A stretch of 64,000 nt of DNA. It comes from Adineta vaga. Taxonomy: Eukaryota > Animalia > Rotifera. The notes beneath the pieces were generated by a model that was given only the letters and a program-made list of their open reading frames with translations, made no database searches and was not told the origin of the DNA. A program made the translations under genes and the position numbers. Positions 10,614 to 23,209 of the stretch are shown one piece after another; within the stretch, counting starts at the first letter, position 1; every line of letters begins with the position of its first letter. The DNA lies in the NCBI GenBank assembly GCA_021613535.1, contig CP075494.1:5394001-5458000 (forward strand), in the 5' to 3' direction.

Positions 10614-11395
10614 CTCTTCTCCTTACAAAAGAACGCCATTCTCTTTCTCTAACAGAGTCATTTTATTAATAAATTGAAGGTCAGCGTGTATTTAATTTGA
10701 ATAGCTGATTAATCATATATGTCATCAATAGTTGTTAGAAATATAATACATATATTTTATGATCGATACAAGGTTACCAAGATTGTATTAATAATTATCT
10801 ATTAAAGATGAAAATAATCTTTTTTATACATTATACTCTTCGCCCATTTGAAAGATGCAAGCAATACGTTATGATAATTATGTAAATATGACTGCACAGG
10901 TTTTTTGTTTTTTCTTCAATAGTTAATGTGTATATCATCCATGCGATTACTCAACCGTTACTACTTGTTGAATTCTTTTTACTTTAATAAAAATATGAAT
11001 TTTGTGTACAAATAAAACAAAATTAATAATATGAAAATGTCTTAATTTTGATTTATTTACAACTCACTAACTTAACGCGTTTTATTACTTAATAAAAAAG
11101 AAGATATAAAAATATTTTATTGATTTATTTTTCAATGAGTAATCAAAAGTAACAGTATGTATTTACCAATAAAATTAAACGTTAATATTATCGACACGCT
11201 TTCTTTTCTTCTCTTTTGATTGCTTGAGATATATTTACAGTGACAGATTCGTTTTTCATCATAAACAAATAATGGTCAAACAGTCAAACGCATTTAGATA
11301 AAAGAAATATATTTAACATTCATACATGTTGATTAGCAGAAAATTGGTGTACATACGTTGCTTTTTCTCCCTGTTTCAGATTGTAAACAAAATCA

Positions 11396-14300
11396 ATGAA
11401 TATTCACGACGAAATTCAACTACAAACAATTAAGAATTCACAACAAAAGCATTCTTTTTCCAATTCAACAGATTATGATGTCATCTCAATTGTTACTGAT
11501 GACAGAAAATCAATCGAAGATGATCCCATTCAACGGTAACAACAATTTATCTTTGCACTTTGCACTTTGTTTTCAGCTAAATAACGATTATTTTTCTAGG
11601 AAAAATTATGACAAAAAAATTACACCATCGATAAAAATTGCTCTTCTCTTCGCTATATTCACTTCCATAGTCATGACGATTGGTATTATAATTGTATGTG
11701 TAACACATCATGAACCAGGTAAATCATTTATTGAATTTTATTCAATCATTCAAAAATATATATATATATATGTGTGTCTGTGTGTGTGTGTGTATCTAGT
11801 TGAAATATGTGAAAGTTCTTACGAACGAACTGTACATTATTCGTTAACTTTTGATTCTCGACCACGAGCAATTGTTTTAGCAGATATTAATCAAGATGAT
11901 AAATTAGATATTATTGTTGCTAATTCTGGTACAGATAATATTGGAATATTCATCAATAATAATAACACTTTCAACGATCAAATTATTTATTCAACTGGAT
12001 TTAAATCAACTCCCTATTCCATAGTTGTCAATGATTTTAATAATGATCATATCCTTGATATTATTGTTGCTCGATTTAGTGCAAATAGTATAGGAATATT
12101 TCTTGGTAAATCAAATGGAACATTCACTGATATGATCACATTATCTACTAACAATTCTCGACCATACTACATTAATGCTGCTGATTTTAATAATGATAAG
12201 AAATTAGATCTTGTCATAGTCAACTATGGTACTAATGATGTTAGTATCTATCTCGGTCATGGTGATGGAACATTTTCAAATGAAATAAGTTATTCTATGG
12301 GATATGATTCTATTCCTTATTCGGTTGTAATCGGTGATTTTAACAATGATAAAATATTAGATTTAGCCGTTGCAAACTATGGTATTGATAATATTGCTGT
12401 TCTTTTTGGTAGTGGCAATGGTACATTTTCTCTTCCAAGATTTCATTCGACAAACTATGGCTCAAGACCAATTTCTCTTACAACATCTGATATCAATAAT
12501 GATCATGTACTTGATTTAGTTGTTGCTAATTCTGGAACACACTGTATAGGAATATTCTATGGTTTTAAAAATGGAAGTTTTGCTCCTTTACAAATATATC
12601 AACTTGATATTTCAGCTCATCTACAATTTGTTACTACTGGTGATTTGAATAACGATAATCAAACGGATATTATCATATTAGATTCAACCAATGGCCACAT
12701 CTATGTATTACCAGGTTACGGCAATGGATCATTTGCAATTTTAACAGCATATATGACTGTCAACAATGCTTTTCCATATTCAATAGCAGCGGGATATTTA
12801 AATCAAAATAATCAAACAGATCTTGTAGTTATCAATTATCAAGCTAATGAAATTCTAGTTCTAATGGATTATAGTTCGAAGTTTGAAGTAATGCAAGTAC
12901 CATATTCCGTTGGACAAAATTCTCATCCACCATTTGTTGCACTCGGTGACTTTAATTCTGATCAACGATTAGATATGGCTGTTGCAAAATTATCTACCGA
13001 TAGTATTGGTATCTTAATTGGTTATGGAAATGGTAGTTTCTATCCAGAAATCACTTATTTATTTCCAACAGGTTCTGCACCCATTTGTATATCAGTTGAT
13101 GATCTCGATAAGGATGGACGATCAGATATGGTTGTTGCCAATTATAAAGCACATAATATTGCAGTTTTATATGGATATGGCAATGGAAGTTTTACAGATA
13201 TGATTACATATCCAACAGGGGTTGAAGCTTTTCCCATAGCTGTGACTATTCCAGATTTCAACAATGACACTATTTTAGATATTGCTGCTGCTAACTTCCG
13301 TATTGATAATATTGCTATATTTCTTTGTAATAAAAATCAAACTTTCACTAGTGCAGTCACTTATTCAACAGGTGTTAGTTCAGATCCTAATGCCATTGTT
13401 ATTGCAGATTTTAATCACGATTATTTATTGGATATAGCTGTAGCAAATTCAGCAAGTGGTAATGTTGGTATTTTATTTGGAAATGGTGATGGCACTTTTA
13501 AGACAGTAATTACCTATTCAACAGGATTTCAATCACATCCAGATTCGATTATTATCGGTTTTCTCAATAAAGACTCATGGATCGATATTATTGTAGCAGA
13601 TTCAACATCTGATAATGTTGTTGTACTACTTGGATATGATAACGGAACATTTCAAATACCAGTGTCATTTACACATGAATCGTTTTCGAATCCATCGGGA
13701 CTTGCTTTAGGAGATGTAGATTTTGATAATGAACTTGATATTATTGTGACGAACTTTGGCAATGATAATGTTGGAATTCTTGGCGGTGATGGAAATGGTT
13801 CATTTGCTCTAGTTCGATCATATCAATTATTAACTGGTGCTGGTCCAAAAGGAGTGATTATTGGTGATTTCAATAATAATTCTCGATGGGATATTATTGT
13901 TGCTGAATCTGGTCTTGGTTCGATTAATTTACTTGTCAGATATGTCGGTGCTACATTTCAAACTGAATTCATATATTCAACCGGTAGTGGAACACATCCG
14001 TATGGTGTCACTGTTGCTGATTTAGATAACGACGATCGATTGGATGTTATTGCTGCCAATTCAGCAAGTAATAATGTGGGTGTTTTTCTTGGTGATGGTA
14101 ATGGAAAGTTTTCACCACAGAAAACGTTTGATGTTGGTCAATCCACTCATCCACAATATGTTGTTACTGGTGATTTTAATGAAGATAATCAAACGGATGT
14201 TGCTACTGCCAATTCCAATGGTGATAGTATCAGTGTATTGTTTGGATATGGAAATGGTAGTTTCACTGATAAAACAATATATCGATTAAGACCTGGTGGT

Positions 14301-16091
14301 CAACCGTATGCTCTTGCTGTTGCTGATTTTAACGAAGATAATGTATGGGATATTGTGACAGTCAATAGAGGAACAGAAAATATTGCCATCTTTTTTGGTT
14401 ATAATTATATGTCATTTGTAGATCAACAAACATATTCAAATCCATATTCTCTACGACCTTCGTCGATGACTATTCATCATTTGAATGATGATACATATTT
14501 AGATATTGCCACGACCTTTGCAGCAAATGCTAGTGTGGGAATATTATTTGGTGATGGAAAGGGACGTTTTGATGAATTAGTTATGTATTCAGTTGGAATT
14601 AACTCGTATCCATATGAATGTATTGCGACAGATGTTAATAATGATAATAGAACAGATCTCGTTGTAGCTAATGCTGGTTCAAATACAATAGGTGTTCTCG
14701 TAAGCATTGGAAATGGATCTTTTGCTCCGGTATTATTATTTTCTACAGGTAATAATTCACAACCATATGGTGCTGCTGCTGGCGACTTTAACAATGATAA
14801 CAACATTGATATTGTTGTTGCAAACTATCGTGGTAATAGTATTGGTGTATTGTTCGGATATGGTAATGGATCATTTAATTCTGTAATAGCATACTCAGTT
14901 ATTGATGGATCTCGTCCACAATCTGTGACTATTGGTCATTTTGATAGTGATCATTTTCTTGACATTGTCGTAGCTAATTATCGTCGGGATAATATCGCAA
15001 TATTTCTAGGAAACAATGATGGTACTTTTCAACCTGCTGTTTACTATTCTACTGGATATCTTTCGATGCCAACGTTTATCAATGCAAATGATTATAATAA
15101 CGATAGTAAATTAGATGTTGCTGTCACTAATAAAAATAATAATAATATTGGTATTTTGTATGGAAATGGAAATGGTACATTCGCATCTGTCGTGTTCTAT
15201 TCGACAGGCGATGGAACAAGTCCTCACAGTATTCGTTCAGGAGATTTCGATAATGACAAACGAATCGATATTGCAGTTGCTTGTCCTGGAACAAATGATG
15301 TTGTCATATTATATGGAATAGGTAATGGTAAATTTCTATTAGGACCATCATTCTCGACCGGTTCCAAATCAGGATCCGTATCATTAGCAATAGGTGATCT
15401 TGATAATAATGGTCGATTAGATATTAGTACGGCAAATTACTTAAGTAATAATGTTGGTGTACATCTAAGTTATGGTATACAATATTTTGGAGGTATATCA
15501 CGATATTCTCTTAGTTTAGGTTCACTTCCATGTTCACTTGCTACAAGTGATTTTAATAATGATAATCATACTGATATCGTTGTTACTAATTATGGTACGA
15601 GTGACATTAGTATTATGATGGGTTATGGTGATGGATCATTTGGTTCATTAATCAAACATTCATTTCCCAATGGTTCGCGTCCACAAGCAGTTGCAGTTGG
15701 TGACTTAAATTTAGATAATAATACCGATATCGTTGTTATTGATTCTGCATTTAATAATATCTATTTTCTTCTTGGAGTTGGTAATGGTACATTCACTTTG
15801 ATATCGATCTACTCAACTGGCTTAGATTCTCAACTTCATGACGTCAAAATTGCTGACATCAATAATGATGATCTTTTAGATGTTGTTGCTGTTGCTTCTG
15901 GAACGAGTAAAGTTATAATATTACAAGGTTATGGAAATGGAACATTTGGAAATGAAACTTCGTATCCTATGGGTTATAGTTTCGATCCATATGCAGTTGC
16001 TATAGGAGATTTCAATCGTGACGATTGGTTAGACATGGCTGTGGCGAATTATGGTGGTGATTATATCGAAATTCTATTACGTTCTTGCTAA
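11396..16091 (+). CDS. Type II membrane protein with 28 FG-GAP/VCBS repeats (four 7-bladed beta-propellers)
   Basis: ATG 11396 starts MNIHDEIQ...PIQR. Intron about 11536-11599, then a TM exon (IALLFAIFTSIVMTIGIIIVCV), an intron about 11719-11798 containing (TA)n(TG)n, and a long exon with 28 DxNxD...D(I/L)(V/A)VAN motifs. Confidence 0.88.
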
Positions 16092-17631
16092 ATGTAGATG
16101 TTGTACATGTATATATATATATCGGAGCTTGTTTATATATGAATGTTCACTGATCAAACTAACGCTTTTTTTTAAACAAAACAATAAGAAGAACGAAAGA
16201 TTCGATAACTGTTACTCTATAGTCATCATTTGTTCTTTCAAAGTTTTATATTGCTGATAGTATGATCTAGTGAGTTTTGGCCCGATTTTCAGACAATCTA
16301 TAGTTAGTTTACATACTGTATGGTAGAAAATAGTGTGAAGAACAAAATTCTAGCACTATCATTCGATTTCACTACATAAAGACCATAAGACGGATAAAAA
16401 TACTACACTAAAGGTCGAATGTGAGTATCATATATATCAGACATCTAGACCATGTTTCGGTTAAATCTATTCTCACGTGATCGATGGAATAATAATAAAC
16501 GGACTCTCTGACAGTGATACATGCAATGGTTTAGAGAAATAAAGAGGACAACGGTGCAAGATATTGCATCCTGAAATTGTGAAAAATTCATGATTACACT
16601 TCGAATATGTTTTATCAAAGAAAAATAATAGTTTCTTTTTATTTTTTGAACAATTCAGTATTCAATTTTAATTTGTATATTATGGCCGTATAGGTGCATT
16701 TTTCAAACATCATGTTAATAAATTTTCATTTTTATATAATAAATAACTGTATGTCTAGAGATCAGAAGGGAAAAGAAGATATTAAAAGCCTCTGATTTGT
16801 TCAACCTTGTATAAAAAATGATGCAGTTGGCATTGACTAGTAGTTTTAGTTCATTTCTAACGACTTTACATTCATTATTCATACACGATATCATCTTTCT
16901 TACACAGATTGGACGGTAAAAGTTAAACTGTATGAATAAAATCTTTTGAATGAATAGGCATTTAATCAGAAAGAATTTTGTTTATTGATTACATCATTGT
17001 TCGTTATACATGAATAATATGCCTATTCTTTTTATTCGGTTGGAAAAACTATATAACTAATAATACTTTTATTTCAGATTCAGACGCTATTCTCATAGTG
17101 CATTAGGCGAACATTCATTCACAATCGTTGCCAAAGCCATCTATAGTACTAGTATAGTAAAACATTAGCAAAATCAGGAAAAGAATACACCCATAATACC
17201 TATTTTCTAACGACTGAGATGCATTTTTATCGCAGTACAAAGCATGGAAAATGATGAATTGTCCGATGAAAAAAAAATCACACGATTAGAATAAGAAATT
17301 GCATCACAAATGGTAATATATATCTAAAAGTTGTGAAGATAAATGTTCAGGTATGAGAAGAAATAAATAGAATCTATTGAATGTTAAATTTGGAACGCAG
17401 GATTTTATTTCGGTATGAAAAGTTCGGAAAAAAAACTATATTCTTTTCTTTCTACTTCTAATATTCATAAGAATGAGGGTTATTTATAATACAGGGATTA
17501 CTATCTCATCCTCATGCATGCAGTATTTTCGATTTTTTTTTGTTTTTTGAACAGAAAAAAGATCAATTTTTATTTTAGAGCATCGAATTACTAAGAATAC
17601 CGATCTTTATCAGTAATATCAGAATGTAAAA

Positions 17632-18435
17632 TCAAACATTGATTTCGCCCTTTAAATAAGTAACAGCTTTGCCTGAGAGAAGAACTCTATCGCCTTTGCT
17701 TTCACACCAAAGTTCTCCTTTTCGTGCCGATATTTGATGAGCATGAAGTTGATTCTTTCCCAAGCGTCGTGCCCAATATGGTGTTAAAGTACAATGTGCA
17801 GATCCACAAACGGGATCTTCAGAAACACCAGCAGCAGGTGCAAAGAATCGCGAAACAAAATCTACTTCATCACCTGGTGCAGTAGCAATCACAGCAAAAA
17901 CTGAGTCAATTTTAGCTAATGCTGTAAAATCTGGCGACAATTGTTGCACATCAGCAGCTTTTTCGTACACAAGCATGTGATCTCTTGCTTTATGAACTTC
18001 AACAGGTGTTTTATCACCTCCAATGGCTGTCAACAATGCATCGAACATTTCGATTTTCTCGGATGGACGAGCTGGAAAATTTAATGTGTAAAGATTATTG
18101 CTTTTGTCTCTTGTAACTGTAAGTTCGCCAGCATGTTTCGTTTGAAAGTTGACTATGTCAGTTTGAGGAGATATTTCCGTAAAAATAATATGCGCAGCTG
18201 CTAATGTTGCATGACCACAAAGATCTACTTCTACCGTAGGTGTAAACCATCGAAGTTCATATCCATCATTGCTAGTAACTGGTGCAAAAAATGCTGTTTC
18301 CGACAGATTATTTTCAGCGGCAATATTTTGCATGACTGAATCGGGTAACCATTTGTCTAATGGACATACTGCAGCTGGATTGCCACCAAACAACTGATGA
18401 GTAAAGGCATCCACTTGATAGATTTTTATGCTCAT
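17632..18435 (-). CDS. PhzF/PBLD-family (diaminopimelate-epimerase fold) isomerase, intronless, 267 aa
   Basis: Start MSIKIYQVDAF at 18435. Motifs GGNPAAV, NLSETAF, LRWFTP, EVDLCGHAT and EDPVCGSAHC. Confidence 0.93.
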   Translation of the reverse strand: MSIKIYQVDAFTHQLFGGNPAAVCPLDKWLPDSVMQNIAAENNLSETAFFAPVTSNDGYELRWFTPTVEVDLCGHATLAAAHIIFTEISPQTDIVNFQTKHAGELTVTRDKSNNLYTLNFPARPSEKIEMFDALLTAIGGDKTPVEVHKARDHMLVYEKAADVQQLSPDFTALAKIDSVFAVIATAPGDEVDFVSRFFAPAAGVSEDPVCGSAHCTLTPYWARRLGKNQLHAHQISARKGELWCESKGDRVLLSGKAVTYLKGEINV

Positions 18436-18819
18436 AACTATAGAGAGTATAAATGTCGTTTTTTTGAGTCCTGTGTGCAACTTATATCACTCGTGTATCG
18501 AATGAAGATATAGAACACTGACATGTGTGCATCGTCATAATACAAAAGGGTTTCACAAGGTTATTCGTGTCTTTTTTTGCTTCTAAATCAAATGACGGTA
18601 TATTTATTCAGATATAAAAATGAAATCATGATGTTTTTCTCTCATTTTCTTATCTTGACGAAGAAGAATAACGATTCATCATCATCACATATTGATAAAC
18701 TAACTTGCAAGAATGATTACAAAAAAGATTCTGAACAAAGTAAATTGCACAAAATAAATGGTATAAGTGTGAATGTCATATGATATAACATAGATCAATA
18801 ATGATCGTAAGAGTGTGTA

Positions 18820-19010
18820 GCGATACTGTTAGCATAATAAGTGAATGTGTGTCATCACCTCCAATTTTTCCTTTGAAATTACCGATTAAAATCAAATAAT
18901 TCTGTTCTCATATATCAATGAATAGAAGAACTTATTTCCTATCGTATTGCATGACCAGAAAAATAGAACAGGATCATATCACCATCATTCACACTTGGAT
19001 AAAGATACTG
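18820..19010 (-). pseudogene. Fragment of a caspase-like (peptidase C14) gene
   Basis: Translates as DGDMILFYFSGHAIR*E, followed by a dead donor (ataag) and EQNYLILIGNFKG. Collinear with the relic at 24130-24590. Confidence 0.65.
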
Positions 19011-19372
19011 AAATTATTTGTACTTCTATATTGTATTATTATTCAGCTCAGATATGCTCTTTTGAAAATGTATCAATACACTATAGATAAAAATAATAAC
19101 GACATTATTGAAGGATTATTTTTGTCCTTTCATCCTTTTACTTTACCGATACGTTTTTCACCGCATGTGACAAAAGTAAACTACTGACATAGATCGATTA
19201 TATCGTTAAAAAGATTATACATTTGACTTTCATACGTGATATGTTTTGTTATTAGTCAGTTTTTATTGAGAAATAGGTTATGTGCATGAAATGAATAAAA
19301 GGTAAAGTTTTTTCGTTTTTGTAGATAATCGTTTAGAATTGCTCATGAATGATGATGATGAATTGTAAAAAA

Positions 19373-19609
19373 TCATTGTTCCTGAAAGAAATAAAAACGT
19401 ATCAATAAATATAAATCTATTTAGATAGAATGTGTACTCACGTTTCCGTCAACTACGCGGCATAAAAAAATTTCTCCATTCCAGCATTTAGGATCCATTC
19501 TAAGATCCAATGAAGGTATTGGTGCAGGTGGTTGTTGAGGTAAAATACCAGCCATAACTATTGTTGCCAAAACTAGAAGAATAAGGATTGTCGTCAATAC
19601 GCGGTGCAT
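19373..19609 (-). CDS. Small secreted peptide precursor (about 58 aa, one intron)
   Basis: Signal peptide MHRVLTTILILLVLATIVMA, then GILPQQPPAPIPSLDLRMDPKCWNGEIFLCRVVDGN. A gtgagt...ttcag intron (19441-19382) leads to EQ*. TATA-like tatataaa near 19680. Confidence 0.7.
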
Positions 19610-20990
19610 TGTTATGTTTTGTATTGTATTTGATGTAAATCAACTGCATGAAAACTGTAGGGGTTTTTAAGCATTTATATATTCATAAAAAAAGATATTC
19701 GAAATAGATAAGCTTCGTTGAATATGACATAGATACGTTTATCACGGTTATTTCAAGAATACTTACAAAGAACAGAAAATAAATGGTAGTTACACACATT
19801 TTGACGTCGTTTGTAATGAGTAATTATTGTACGTCATATACTGACGTTATACAGTTGTTTTATGTTAAAAAAAACAAAATGAAAACAATCGTTTACTATA
19901 AGCCATTTATGATAGCCGATATACATTGTTTAGTGACTGCGCAATGCGTTATTTTTCTATTTTTAGAAAGAAAATGTCCGTATACGACGTTTGTGATAAG
20001 AAAGTCATTTTGAAATTGATCAAGATGGATGAACATGAAAAGAAATAGTACAATTCTATACTATTTGACGGTTGATGATGTTTTTATAATCTGTTCATTT
20101 TGATCATGATTTGGTCAATAGATGATCTCTTTCTTGCATAATTATTATGAAACTAGCTCTGAAGATTGTCTTATGTATCATCGAATCCACTCATGTAGAT
20201 GAATATTCGTGGCGAAAGATGAAATATTGGATGACGGAATAAATTCTGTTGCATATTTATCAAAAATATAAGCTACTTCGATGGTTACTATTATGTAAGT
20301 AGTAGTAAACGAAAGAATCATTCGATAGCGAATTTCCTTAGTCCATAGCCTTCATTTTTTGCTCGATATATTTCATAATAAACGAAACAATATTTTACAT
20401 TGAAAAGATTTCTTCATATAGACGAGTTATTTAATGTAATCGATTGCAGATAAAGATGCTGATATTTTCTCCTGTGACATAATGGTTCAAGTTTCTTATG
20501 CCTGCACGTTAACAGATCTTTTTCATACTATTTGAATAATATTTAAAATGATGCCTTCGTCGCATATTGCTAACATAAAGTAGAGGAATTGCTGACTTTT
20601 TACGTACAGTAAGAGTTGTCGCATATCCCAAATTGATCATTTTGATCTTCGAAAGTAATTGGAACAAAGATTTCCAGGTAGGAATAACTTGGAATTAACT
20701 ATTTTTGCACCAAAACTGTCCTTCTGTATGATCAACAATTGACTATCTGTTATACATTTGGTTTAATAAAAAAACAAAGTGAAACAGAAAACATGCAAAT
20801 TATTTATCCAACTCTTATTTCGAAGTACCGAACAGACAAGCTAAATAATCTTAATAGTTAGATAAGATAGAGTTGCAAAATTTGATATTTTTACGGATTA
20901 GTTTAGTTTTTATTTAAAATTAATTCTTACAGTATATGCGAATGCGACAACGTCAAAGTTCGTTTAATAAATGTAAGTGCCATACTTAAT

Positions 20991-22085
20991 TTAGTTTTGC
21001 TTTGGAGCTGAGTCAGCAAAATGACTTTGAGAAAATTTTTCAGGACCACGTTCACCTGCTACATCAGCTGCGTTGCAAGCTGTTCGAATTTCATTGACTT
21101 CTTCTTTGCTTAACTTAATTTGAGCAGCTGCAGCATTTTCTTCTATATTTTTTACTTTACTTGTACCTGGTATTGGAATAAAATCATCACCTTGAGCAAG
21201 AATCCACGCTAATGTTAATTGACCAGATGTACATCCTTTTCTTTTAGCGATCAATGCCAATTTATCAACCAATGCAAGATTTTTTGGAAAGTTTTCTTTT
21301 GAAAAACGTGGATACATTCGTCGAATATCATTCTCTTCAAAATCATCTGGACTTCTTATTTGTCCAGTTAACATGCCACGACCTAATGGAGAATAACAAA
21401 CTATAGTCACGCCAAGTTCGCGACATGTTTTTAAAAGGCCAATTTCTTCTTTTTCAATATCTAAACTAAATGGTGAATATTCAATTTGAATAGCTGAAAC
21501 TGGATGAACAGCATGTGCTCGTCGAAGTGTATTGCTTGAACATTCCGATAAACCAACATATTTGATTTTTCCTTGCTGAACAAGTTTTTTCAGAGCATTC
21601 ATTGTTTCTTCAATTGGAACTTTACCATCAATTCGATGTACATAATAAAGATCAACGTAATCGAGTTGAAGACGTGCAAGACTTTTAGCAATTGCTTGAT
21701 AAATATATTCAGCATCACCACGAACCGAAAAAGATTTGAAGTCAGGCGAGACTATACAGGCAAACTTGGTTGCAAGAAACACCTAGAAAAATAAGAAATA
21801 TGACATATATATATAATCATTAACGTACAGATTACTGACCTTTTGACGTTGTTGCGGATATTTTTTGAAATATTTTCCTAATAAATCTTCGTTATCACCA
21901 TAAATATCGGCAGTATCAAAGTAGGTACTGCCAAGTTCGATGGCTCGATCCAAAATTTTGAATCGTTCTTCATCTGTAGCAGGATTTCCATAGAATGTAG
22001 ATAAACCCATGGCTCCAAAACCAATAGCCGATATTTTTGGACCATTTTTACCTAATTGTCGTTCAGGTATCAATTGACGAGACAT
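20991..22085 (-). CDS. Aldo/keto reductase (AKR13/YakC-like, fungal/bacterial type), one 57-nt intron
   Basis: Exon 1 is 22085-21840 (MSRQLIPERQLG...IGFGAMGLS...FDTADIYG). Intron 21839-21783 is gtcagt...ctag. Exon 2 is 21782-20991 (FLATKF, DLYYVHR, GLSE, QIEYSP, PIPGT). The D-Y-K-H catalytic tetrad is present. Confidence 0.93.
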
Positions 22086-22199
22086 GCTGAATTTCAGAAG
22101 ATGGTATAACAAATACTTGTAATGTGGTTAAAATACATGAAGACCATCTCACTATATATACTCATGCGGGTTGCATGCTAAGATTTATTTTTAAAACAA

Positions 22200-22353
22200 G
22201 AGGTGAACGCAATCGTACCACTCGTCGAGAAATATCACCGATGTATGCGTAAGATAGGAGTGACAGAGAGGTGAACGCAATCGTACCACTCGTCGAGAAA
22301 TATCACCGATGTATGCGTAAGACAGAAATGACAAAAGGTGAACGCATTCGTAC
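22200..22353. repeat. About 68-bp tandem repeat, about 2.3 copies
   Basis: aggtgaacgcaatcgtaccactcgtcgagaaatatcaccgatgtatgcgtaaga starts at 22201 and 22269. A third partial copy, aggtgaacgcattcgtac, starts at 22336. Confidence 0.95.
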
Positions 22354-23209
22354 TATGCGTCACTGCGAAGAAACAGAACTACAGGAGGAAAAAAATGAAA
22401 TGTTTTTTTTTTGCATGTAACTTGATGATAAAGAAGAAAACTTACAAAGGTTTATCACAATAATATTAACGATACAAAAAGTAAAGCAACACAACGTAAT
22501 TCGATAAATAAAATCATCATCCAACGCATGTGACCTACTCGTATTATTTATTGTAATAGCATTATTTTGCCGATCGAGATGAGAGTAATTTTAAACACAA
22601 GTTTTTCGCATTGATCAATGTATTCAACAAAATAAGAGAAAACTCATCGACAAAGTTCCATTAAATAGTCGTTATTTTCATACATATGGATAATGAAATC
22701 GGTATTACATCGATCTAGTCATATATTAATATCAGATAATATATAAAGAATTATTTATTGAGCTAGAAAATTAGAAATTATGTTTAACTGATACGAAATT
22801 TGAGTATGAAACGATTGAATATGATACTGAGAAAGACATTCAAAAAGTCTTATAGAAAGTGTATATCTCGTAGGGTAAATATGTGAAGATTTCTTTGCAC
22901 GCAGTTGTAATTAAATGACACAACACGGTCACCTATTTAAAATGATAATTGAGAATTTTGAAGGGTAGTATATAATAACTGAAAATTTCCTTCCAATAAT
23001 CTACGATTATAAAATAAAAATACGAAGACAAGAATTATTGATCCAACTCATCACGTAGTCGCTGTCTAACCCCAATCGATAACAAAAATAATAGATAGAT
23101 AGCCTTTCTCTGCTAGCGATTGGATCGGTTGTGAAAGATATAAACCTATAATGTATGGCCTTGTTTATTGGAAAGTCAGTTTTATTCAAAATCAAATAAT
23201 CAATCAACA

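Noticed and set aside
11475-11800. Track N-terminus of the 1538-aa ORF, including YIYIYVCLCVCV
   Set aside because: Read-through of two introns, one containing (TA)n(TG)n microsatellites. Similar false N-terminal extensions affect the ORFs starting at 10287, 18480 and 24741.
17632-18435. Bacterial contamination or a phenazine operon
   Set aside because: The gene is embedded among intron-containing animal genes and no other phz genes are present.
20020-20760. Possible decayed coding or retroelement remnant (for example IEVAYIFDKYATEFI on the minus strand)
   Set aside because: Too degenerate; no diagnostic motif could be read.
22200-22353. Possible CRISPR array
   Set aside because: Whole units are duplicated with no unique spacers, there are no cas genes, and the context is eukaryotic.
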